Shown here: piece after piece, positions 10,484 through 17,901 of the stretch
Numbering within the stretch: position 1 is the stretch's first letter
Layout of the letters: each line of letters begins with the position of its first letter
NCBI GenBank assembly: GCA_002495065.1
Contig: DADT01000031.1
Location: 80,996 to 120,995, forward strand
Source: Methanoregula sp. UBA471
GTDB lineage: Archaea > Halobacteriota > Methanomicrobia > Methanomicrobiales > Methanospirillaceae
Reading direction: 5' to 3'
Length of the DNA: 40,000 bases
Notes under the pieces: model-generated
The model's database searches: none
The model's input: the letters and a program-made list of their open reading frames with translations, nothing else
Told to the model about the DNA's origin: nothing
Program-made: the position numbers and the translations under genes

Positions 10484-11764
10484 TCATGGATTGTTTTCCC
10501 CCGGTAGCCGGTATTCAAGCAGCCATCGCCAGACCGGAAGTACCTGGAGAGAAAAACCATTATGGACGATGGTCTCCTCCTGGTGATACGTGAGAATTAT
10601 GCCGTTTTTTATTCCGAGGGTGAGCATCGCGCCGGTTAGACCCTCCAGTTCCCGGTCCCGGTTCTTTTGTGACAGCTCATAACAGACCTGGAGCGCAGTC
10701 GTCACTTTCCCATGATCTTCGGTGACAAAATCACACTCCCCGGTATTTTTGAAAAAGTATAAAGGTGCATTGCGACGGAGTAGTTCGATGAATACACAAT
10801 TTTCCAGCAGGCGCCCGCGGTCATCAGAGAACTGGAATGCCACTGCACTCCGCATCCCGTTGTCGATGATATAGATTTTCTTATCATTGACATACTGCTT
10901 TTTTAACGAGTAGTCATACTTGAAGAGCTCAAAAACAAGGAAAGCCTCTTCTAAGAATCCCACGTAATCGCGGACGGATGCAACGCTTTTAAACCCGAGT
11001 GCTTTTTTCAGGGCATTATAACTCGCCATATTTCCCATATTCGTGAAGAGGTAATGAGCAAGCTGCCTGAATGCCTTGACCTCGCGGATGCCAAAGCGCC
11101 CGATGATATCACGGAACAGGATGTCATCATACGTCCTTTTCAGGTATTCAGGATCTGAGTATTTCAGGTACTCGGGGAACCCCCCACCGGTAAGGTAGCG
11201 GTCAAATTCCGCAAGTATCCTGGCTTTCTTCTTTTCGGTGATCCGGTCAACGCTGACCGAACGGAACCGCAGCACTTCCCGGAACGAGAACGGGTACAGG
11301 GTGATCTTCATGTAGCGTCCGGTGAGGTGTGTCCCCAGCTCTGCGGAGAGCAGCTTTGCGTTTGACCCGGTCAGGAACACTTTGTAGGCATCATCATGGA
11401 TCCTGCGTATGAACCGCTCCCACCCGGCGATATTCTGGATCTCATCGATGAAAATGACGTTTGTCCCAGGGCTTATCTTTTCGAATACCAGCATCAGGGT
11501 GGAAAAATCCGAAAGCGAAAATTCCAGCAGCCGGTCATCGTCGAAATTAATATACAGGAAATTGTTGTAGAGCAGGGAAAACTGCCGCAGCAGCGTGGAC
11601 TTGCCGCTCCTGCGTATGCCGGATATCACGACGATCTGGCCGGTTCTCTGGTACCGGGAAGCATCCACTTCCCGTGGGGTCCCGGGATCACGGGAGAGGA
11701 ACGATTCCTTCTGGATCAATACCAGTTCTTCCAGCTGCGAGGCGGTCATCATATACATTACCAA
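10484..11764 (-). CDS. AAA+ ATPase with DUF4143 (COG1373 family)
   Basis: Walker A GIRRSGKST, Walker B IFIDEIQN, and a C-terminal DUF4143-like region with a PD-(D/E)XK-like tail. The start may lie a few codons downstream. Confidence 0.85.
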   Translation of the reverse strand: MVMYMMTASQLEELVLIQKESFLSRDPGTPREVDASRYQRTGQIVVISGIRRSGKSTLLRQFSLLYNNFLYINFDDDRLLEFSLSDFSTLMLVFEKISPGTNVIFIDEIQNIAGWERFIRRIHDDAYKVFLTGSNAKLLSAELGTHLTGRYMKITLYPFSFREVLRFRSVSVDRITEKKKARILAEFDRYLTGGGFPEYLKYSDPEYLKRTYDDILFRDIIGRFGIREVKAFRQLAHYLFTNMGNMASYNALKKALGFKSVASVRDYVGFLEEAFLVFELFKYDYSLKKQYVNDKKIYIIDNGMRSAVAFQFSDDRGRLLENCVFIELLRRNAPLYFFKNTGECDFVTEDHGKVTTALQVCYELSQKNRDRELEGLTGAMLTLGIKNGIILTYHQEETIVHNGFSLQVLPVWRWLLEYRLPGENNP

Positions 11765-12400
11765 TATACATTTTATTGAATTATTTACATTACTAATGTA
11801 TAAAAGTATTTCTCCGGGGTTTAGTACGTGCTTAACCGCCAGTCTTCCTGGGACTTTTTACGATGACAAACCGGTTTGTGCCCTCCGGGTTTTCCCTGGC
11901 GGAGCTCTCTTGTTACGACGAGTGATACCCTGTTTTCGGCACCCTTAAGGGGTGTATCTCCCCATCCTTAATCCGGGGCCCTATAGAGCTCAGATTGGTG
12001 TTTTTCGGGTATCTTGAACATGACAGGTTGTACATTTCAGTGAATTACGGCGGATAATTTAAAAAATAACGGGAAATTTGCTGTTTTATGGCAAACTGAG
12101 TGCAATTTTTTGGGGAAAATGAACGCCAACGGACGCTTTCGGTAGTCAAAAAGGTTTTGTCAGGGGGGTAGCACGGTCGTGGGGAGAAGAAGGGTGTTTT
12201 TTTGGGGGTTGTGGTCAAGGGGAATTTTGGGGTGGAGCATGCAGCAATAGGGGGGACACCAGCGAGATCCAAAATCAGTCATTCTGTCAGGAAAGGGTAC
12301 TGATACAAAATCCAAAGAACACCCAAGCACCCCTGGCATTACCGGCTTTTCCGGTATACATGAACAAGTTGAATATCTCATTCGTTGATATCAGACGCAT

Positions 12401-13240
12401 ATGAGTTTTGATAAAGATCCCTTTCTTCAAGCTGTGCCGCAAAAAAAACTGGCAGTCCTCATCGATGCTGATAATGCCCAACCTGAAATTATCGAAGGTT
12501 TGCTGGCTGAGATTGCCCTCTATGGTATTGCAAGCGTAAAACGGATTTACGGGAACTGGACAACTCCAAACCTCCAGCCCTGGAAAGAAGTATTACTGAA
12601 TTACTCAATCCAGCCTATACAACAATTTGACTATACGAAAGGGAAAAATGCGACCGATTCTGCTTTAATCATCGACGCAATGGACCTGTTGTATACCAAC
12701 AAGTTCGATGGTTTTTGTATCATTTCAAGTGATAGTGATTTTACCCGGCTGGCACAACGGATCCGCGAATCCGGGCTTCTGGTATACGGGTTTGGAGAGA
12801 GAAAAACACCAAAACCCTTTGTCCAGGCATGTGACAAGTTCGTCTATACCGAGATCCTGCGAAAGACACGGCTGGCCGATGAACAACCTCCCGAAACCCA
12901 GAAGGAAACAAAACCGGGTAAACGTCTTGATCAGCTCAAAGGGGATACCGGATTATTCAGCCTGCTGCGATCTGCAGTTGACGCGTGTTCCAATAATGAT
13001 GGCTGGGCAAACCTGGCAGATGTGGGGGGTAACATTGTCAACCAGTCTCCGGATTTTGATCCCCGTAACTACGGGTATAAAAAACTCAAAAATCTTGTGG
13101 AAGCAACCGACCTTTTTGAGATTGATGAGAAAAAGATCGGGGATTCACCGGCAAAAGTTGTTTTCATCAGAGACAAAAAATTCAAAACAATCCAGTTTTC
13201 ACCGGTATATATCAAAAAAACCCTGTCAAAAGGGCGGTAG
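12401..13240 (+). CDS. NYN (LabA/DUF88) ribonuclease-like domain protein with C-terminal OST-HTH/LOTUS domain
   Basis: The NYN part is LAVLIDADN...IISSDSDFTRLAQRIRESG. The LOTUS part is DGWANLADVGGNIV...FDPRNYGYKKLKNLV. Confidence 0.85.
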   Translation: MSFDKDPFLQAVPQKKLAVLIDADNAQPEIIEGLLAEIALYGIASVKRIYGNWTTPNLQPWKEVLLNYSIQPIQQFDYTKGKNATDSALIIDAMDLLYTNKFDGFCIISSDSDFTRLAQRIRESGLLVYGFGERKTPKPFVQACDKFVYTEILRKTRLADEQPPETQKETKPGKRLDQLKGDTGLFSLLRSAVDACSNNDGWANLADVGGNIVNQSPDFDPRNYGYKKLKNLVEATDLFEIDEKKIGDSPAKVVFIRDKKFKTIQFSPVYIKKTLSKGR

Positions 13241-13654
13241 TGAAAAGACGTATCCGGTTATCCGAAGTATTTCATAAAAAAAAGCCGATGTGATCATTTG
13301 CCCGTGCAAAGGTGATACGGATCGTGCAGGGCATTCCTTCCTGTCGAAGTGAAAAACTGATAATTTCAGATCCTGAAACCCCCGTCAGGCAAAAATTTCA
13401 ATTCTATGATTAAGGGATAAGAGCAGATGACGGGCATCATCTGGTATATCTACCATGAATTCCTCAAAAAAGAGCGGGATCTGCTGGAAAAAGCAGGAAA
13501 AAAAGAACAGGATCGGCTTGAACGTAACAGGAATATCGGGAAGGACCAAGGCTTACCGTAAGACAGGAAATAATTTTTTAGAAATTTAGGACCCTAAAAG
13601 GAATGCAGCATCGCTGTTTCCCGAAGGTGGCCTGTCAGCGCTATATTTTAAAAA

Positions 13655-13921
13655 TCAACGTTCTGCCGCAGCTTTTGTTGATGCATTGCCTGGCGGAGAG
13701 TTCATCACATGAATGGATTGCCCATGAAGATGAGTGACAATCTCATCGGAAAGAGTCAGGAGAGCAATTCTGTGAGCATTTTTTTCTTTATGGATGTGAA
13801 GAGGTGATATTTCCAAAGACTTGTAGCGTTCTGAAGGGATTTCATTGTCCGAGATGGATTCACAGTATTTTTTAATGTGTATCATCAGCATATGGAGGTG
13901 GATTAACTCTTCCTTTTGCAT
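13655..13921 (-). CDS. UPF0058-family small protein
   Basis: The MQKEELIHLHMLMIHIKKY N-terminus resembles archaeal UPF0058 proteins as I remember them. Confidence 0.5.
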   Translation of the reverse strand: MQKEELIHLHMLMIHIKKYCESISDNEIPSERYKSLEISPLHIHKEKNAHRIALLTLSDEIVTHLHGQSIHVMNSPPGNASTKAAAER

Positions 13922-14091
13922 ACTATCACTCCCTGGAACCTTATTTTGTTATTTTTGTAACTCCCCTGGGAATTATGAGAAGAAATGCGATGTCGATTAG
14001 TCGATTTTATCCTGCCGAATTCATAAATGCTGGCAAGGCAGCGATGCAAAACACCGGTGAACCTGGAAAGACTGAATTGTTATAAAAAAAC

Positions 14092-15003
14092 CTAATATTC
14101 TCTATTTCCAAACTGGTATTCCGGCGCTCTCCGGTATACCTCAAAATAATTCCCGATCAAATCATTTTCCCATTCTTTCAGATTGTGGGGAAGGAGCGGC
14201 TTTTCCGAACTATACCAGGAAAACATGAGATCGTTCCCATCAAGAAATTTCATCGCATGAGTCCTCAGTCGTTTCGCACAATCAGCTGACTGGCCAATGT
14301 AGACGAGGTCCCCGGTATCGCGTTCGAAAAGAAGATACAATCCCGCAGATGATGGCACATCTCCTATTGATTCACCATCGAGTGATTTCTTCCCGCTCCA
14401 TGCAAGCCCCATCCATTCCCGGTCGCCCGGTGGTCCGGTGACGGGTAACGGTGGCATGCTTGAACCACCGGCCGGGTTATCCTTATGGCTTTCATCCAGT
14501 TTACCGCCCCGTTTATTCTCGTTCCGGTTCGTGGATTTCCGGTATCTCGGGTGAAACCGCCCGAAGTTGCAGAGTGTTGATTCACCGCATTCCTGCCGGT
14601 ACCGGTAGAGAAGATAACTCTCCATTCCCCGTCTTCCTCCCTGTGATGCATCCATTGGAGCGGCAGAGCACTCGTACTCAAATCCTTCTGCATCCCGCCA
14701 GGCCCAGAGAGCGGGGGCTTCAGTAATCGGATCGTTCCATGGCATCAGGTCGGTTCGTTTGAGGGTGTGGCGGAGTTCATTGAGTCGTTCGTGCACGGTT
14801 TTTCTGGTTTCACCGATGTACATGAGGAAATCTTTGCCAACGGGTTTTATCCTGTAGAGGCCGGGTTCTCTGGGAATTTGCCGGAATTCTTCTTTGGTGG
14901 CGGTGAATGGTACCCACGGGGACCAGGGGAGGGAGGACCAGGTGTATGAGAAGTAATCTCTCCCGGGGAGTTCTGCGGGGAGTTGGTCGGGATCGGGCGG
15001 CAT
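14092..15003 (-). CDS. hypothetical protein with two GIY-YIG-like nuclease motifs
   Basis: GLYRIKPVGKDFLMYIGET...ERLNELR and GLYLLFERDTGDLVYIGQS...KRLRTH. Both have GLY-x11-YIG spacing followed by a conserved Arg. Confidence 0.5.
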   Translation of the reverse strand: MPPDPDQLPAELPGRDYFSYTWSSLPWSPWVPFTATKEEFRQIPREPGLYRIKPVGKDFLMYIGETRKTVHERLNELRHTLKRTDLMPWNDPITEAPALWAWRDAEGFEYECSAAPMDASQGGRRGMESYLLYRYRQECGESTLCNFGRFHPRYRKSTNRNENKRGGKLDESHKDNPAGGSSMPPLPVTGPPGDREWMGLAWSGKKSLDGESIGDVPSSAGLYLLFERDTGDLVYIGQSADCAKRLRTHAMKFLDGNDLMFSWYSSEKPLLPHNLKEWENDLIGNYFEVYRRAPEYQFGNREY

Positions 15004-15043
15004 TGGTGATCAGGGATTGGGTGAGAGACAGGATAAGTGTTGG

Positions 15044-15100
15044 TGGGGATTAGACGCTCAACAGGGCTCCTCGCCCTTGCCGCGTCGGCCTGCCCCCGGG
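15044..15100 (+). repeat. dispersed ~55-bp GC-rich repeat, copy B
   Basis: GGGGATTAGACGCTCAACAGGGCTCCTCGCCCTTGCCGCGTCGGCCTGCCCCCGGG, starting 41 bp upstream of the GIY-YIG gene start. Confidence 0.65.
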
Positions 15101-15199
15101 TTGTATCGCTCTGTTCCCAACCTGAAACTCAGGCACGTTCAGGTGGAAGCGGTCTCCACAAGGGTTTTGTCCTTCAGAACATGAATCCTTAGCGATACC

Positions 15200-15526
15200 A
15201 TGAGAACCATGAGAAAAGGGATTTTAGTCACGAAAAAAGGAACAAAGGAAGGGTATTTCCCGATATTTATTGATGACCGGGATTTCGTTCATTCCGTCCT
15301 GGCAGAAGCTATGGAGCAATGGAAACAGCGTGAGACAAAAGATGCCGTGCACGACGGGATGGAGTTTTTCGGGATTGCCAATGCGATCGGAAAGGAGAGG
15401 ACGAAATATCATCAGTTCATAGGTGCTGAGTCGATTCCCGAGAGGGAACTTGAGGCGGGGTTTAACCAGGCGTCGTATATTTTTGCTGTGGATTTTAAGG
15501 AAGGGAAGATCAGGAAGGTGAAATAA
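15200..15526 (+). CDS. hypothetical protein
   Basis: 108-aa ORF with no recognisable motif. The antisense ORF 15224..15412 is less plausible. Confidence 0.4.
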   Translation: MRTMRKGILVTKKGTKEGYFPIFIDDRDFVHSVLAEAMEQWKQRETKDAVHDGMEFFGIANAIGKERTKYHQFIGAESIPERELEAGFNQASYIFAVDFKEGKIRKVK

Positions 15527-15681
15527 CGGGGGGAAAATAATGAACCACTTTTTTTAAACGAATGCCTGGATACGGCCGGATGTTTCAGACGGCAGTTTTT
15601 TTCTCCCCACGCTTTGCAACCATTTTTTTTCAGCGCTATCCTTATCTGTCACTCACCTCAAACTGATACGATGGTGAATCA

Positions 15682-16398
15682 ATGGATTATTCTCATATGT
15701 TAAACGATGCCTTTCACTATACAAAAGAGGGCATCTTGGGAAGTGCGGATCGCTGGATGAAACTGATCCTTGCGATCATCTGCCTGGGCATTCCCATGAA
15801 CGGGTATGTTATGCGGATCTACCGGGGGGCAGACCCGGCCCCGGAAGTCGACCAGTGGGGTACCCTGTTCGTTGACGGCCTGAAGCTGATCGCTGTGGGA
15901 ATTATCTATGCGATCCCTGTGATGATCATCTGGGCATTTGCCTACGGGAGCATGCTGCTTACCCTCATGCAGGGAAATCCCGCCGCTATGGAGAACTGGT
16001 CTCCCAACGTAGGACTCCTGGGGCTCTTTTACCTTCTCGAGATCATCATCGGTATTATTATGCCGGTAGCAGCCATCCGCTTTGCCCGCACGGCGAGTTT
16101 TTCTGAAGCCTTCAACGTTGGTGCAATCCTTGAAACAATTAAAAAGATCGGGTGGATCAATTACCTTATCGCATTGATCCTCATCACCATTGTTATTGCC
16201 ATCCCTGTATGCATCATCATCTTTGGCATGATCCTGATCGGGGGGATAAGCATGTATATGCTGGGTGGCAACGCTGCTACCCTCTTCGGGTTTATTGCAG
16301 CAGCGATCCTCATCATACTGGCCCTTGCTCCCCTCTTCGCGGTCTTCCAGGCACGCTACATGACAAGGGTTTACGATAGTGCTGCCCGGGAAGCATAA
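15682..16398 (+). CDS. DUF4013 domain membrane protein
   Basis: N-terminal F.YTKEG...W.KLIL...IP..GY..RI pattern plus several transmembrane helices. Confidence 0.7.
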   Translation: MDYSHMLNDAFHYTKEGILGSADRWMKLILAIICLGIPMNGYVMRIYRGADPAPEVDQWGTLFVDGLKLIAVGIIYAIPVMIIWAFAYGSMLLTLMQGNPAAMENWSPNVGLLGLFYLLEIIIGIIMPVAAIRFARTASFSEAFNVGAILETIKKIGWINYLIALILITIVIAIPVCIIIFGMILIGGISMYMLGGNAATLFGFIAAAILIILALAPLFAVFQARYMTRVYDSAAREA

Positions 16399-16588
16399 TC
16401 TTTTTTTTGGTTCCGGTGACATGAATTTTACCCGGGCTGTCCTTTCCGGAATATTCCTGATGAGAGAATGAGGAATAGCAAAAAAATAACAGATTTTGTG
16501 ATGTTTAAGTCTGTTGAAATCCTGTTTTCCGGTGATTCGCTTTCTCTTATCGGCTGTTTTCAGAAGGTACCCCCATCTTTCCCCCGGA

Positions 16589-16717
16589 CTCACCCTGCGG
16601 CACACCGGAATTCCCCCCGGCGACATAAGCGATGCAAGGAGGACCGGGTGGAATGAGTCCGTCGACAAGTATGCCGGCGTTCCGGCAGTGAACCTATTCA
16701 GGGAAGGGAAGAAATAG
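16589..16717 (+). pseudogene. orphan 3' fragment (last ~42 codons) of an SRPBCC/AHSA1 gene
   Basis: Encodes LTLRHTGIPPGDISDARRTGWNESVDKYAGVPAVNLFREGKK, against LTLRHTGIPPGDLSDATRAGWNESLDKYAGVLAVNLFKEKKK at the end of 6569..7282. No homologous N-terminal part lies upstream. Confidence 0.8.
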
Positions 16718-17026
16718 CGTAAAGCAATCCAGGCTTGCTACGGGCTCCGATCAGGGTAAAAGGAGCCCGGTACGTGCCCCGTTTTTCAATATCCATAAAC
16801 CGGGCGTATTTTGCCAAACGGGCGATTTTATAGTACCCCCAGAGCTGGGTGAGATTTCCCTTTACCGGGAAAATCGCTACTCATGGGCGAGTCATGTCCG
16901 GATTTGCTTCCGGACGACCAGCAGATGGCTTTTAACGATGTGCTGAATAAAAATAATATGAGGCTGGATTGGCAAACGGGAGGCATAACGGGCGAGAATT
17001 ATCGACAGAGAATGGGATTACGACGG
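16589..17026 (+). repeat. 438-bp direct repeat, copy 2
   Basis: Collinear with 7154..7591. It runs directly into GC-rich repeat copy C. Confidence 0.85.
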
Positions 17027-17027
17027 A

Positions 17028-17082
17028 GGGAATTTTACGCTCAACTTGGCTCCGCCCCCCTCGCCGCGTTAGCTTCACTGGA
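17028..17082 (+). repeat. dispersed ~55-bp GC-rich repeat, copy C (most diverged)
   Basis: GGGAATTTTACGCTCAACTTGGCTCCGCCCCCCTCGCCGCGTTAGCTTCACTGG. It sits exactly at the switch from GC-rich to AT-rich DNA. Confidence 0.6.
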
Positions 17083-17214
17083 TATTATCTGACAACACCT
17101 CGACATTTTTGACAGGCCATATTTTCAGACTACCTTAAAATTTCTAAAATTGATGGGATAAAATAAGGGGGTTTAACGTTTGAAATATTAAATAAATATT
17201 CAAGGAGGATATCT

Positions 17215-17805
17215 TTGTCCGATTCTCAAAATAAACTCAAAATGTATAAAAGGCTTGAATTTCTCGGAGATCGTGTTTTGAATCTTATTGTTTCTCATCA
17301 TCTTTTCGAAAACCCCGCTGAATATTCAGAGGGGGATCTCACGAATAGGATGAGGTTTACTTCGAACAACAATCTTGAAGAAATTTTCGAGAATTTCCCT
17401 GGTGATCTTAAAAAAGAAATTCTAGAATTTAAATCTAAATATAGACCCGATGAATTAACCTCGATCGCTGATGCAATAGAAGCATATATTGGATTCTACT
17501 ATTTAGAGCATAAATTTGAAGCGACAATCAACAGATTCGAGAAAATGTTTTCCGACGATATCGACAGATTTGATCCTGATACTGATTACATATCAAAACT
17601 TCAGATCCTGACACAGCAGAATCAGAAAATTCCCGAATATGAGCAGATAGGGAAAGATGAGATTGATCAAAACAATAACCATACGTTTAAGTTTCAGGTA
17701 CTAATCGATGGAATGCCAAAGGGTCGAGGTTCAGGACGAAATCATTCCCAAGCAAAACAAAGGGCAGCTTTAGATGCATTGACCACGCTTGATCCAAAAA
17801 TATAA
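17215..17805 (+). CDS. rnc: class 1 (bacterial-type) ribonuclease III with dsRBD
   Basis: Signature RLEFLGDRVL, EGDLTNRMRF, catalytic ADAIEAYIG, and a dsRBD tail GSGRNHSQAKQRAALDAL. All are collinear with E. coli Rnc. The start is TTG, with AGGAGG at 17203-17208. Confidence 0.85.
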   Translation: MSDSQNKLKMYKRLEFLGDRVLNLIVSHHLFENPAEYSEGDLTNRMRFTSNNNLEEIFENFPGDLKKEILEFKSKYRPDELTSIADAIEAYIGFYYLEHKFEATINRFEKMFSDDIDRFDPDTDYISKLQILTQQNQKIPEYEQIGKDEIDQNNNHTFKFQVLIDGMPKGRGSGRNHSQAKQRAALDALTTLDPKI

Positions 17806-17901
17806 TTTCGCCTCTCAATTTTCTATTATTCAAGCTTGGTGAAACGCCAAACCTGGCACCTTAATCACCTCCCACTCCAATCTCCCTGCAAGGCAAATTC
17901 C

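Noticed and set aside
11786-11800. Perfect 15-bp palindrome TACATTACTAATGTA about 22 bp upstream of the COG1373 ATPase start.
   Set aside because: It is short and AT-rich in a promoter-like region, so it could be chance or part of a TATA box. There is not enough evidence to call it an operator.
11975-12000. GGGGCCCTATAGAGCTCAGATTGGTG resembles the acceptor and D-arm start of a tRNA and could be an att remnant.
   Set aside because: No anticodon arm, T-arm (GTTCRANYC) or matching 3' acceptor strand follows. The resemblance covers ~25 nt and is interrupted, so it is not reported as a tRNA or fragment.
12045-12481. Three minus-strand ORFs (64-75 aa) in the long intergenic region upstream of the NYN-LOTUS gene.
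   Set aside because: They are Pro-rich translations of the complement of the G-tract cluster. They overlap each other and have no start context or motifs, so the region is treated as non-coding.
15700-16668. 322-aa minus-strand ORF antisense to the DUF4013 gene.
   Set aside because: The translation is Asp/Arg/Pro/Gly-rich and looks nonsensical. Its end runs through the duplicated repeat, and the sense-strand membrane protein has a coherent transmembrane pattern.
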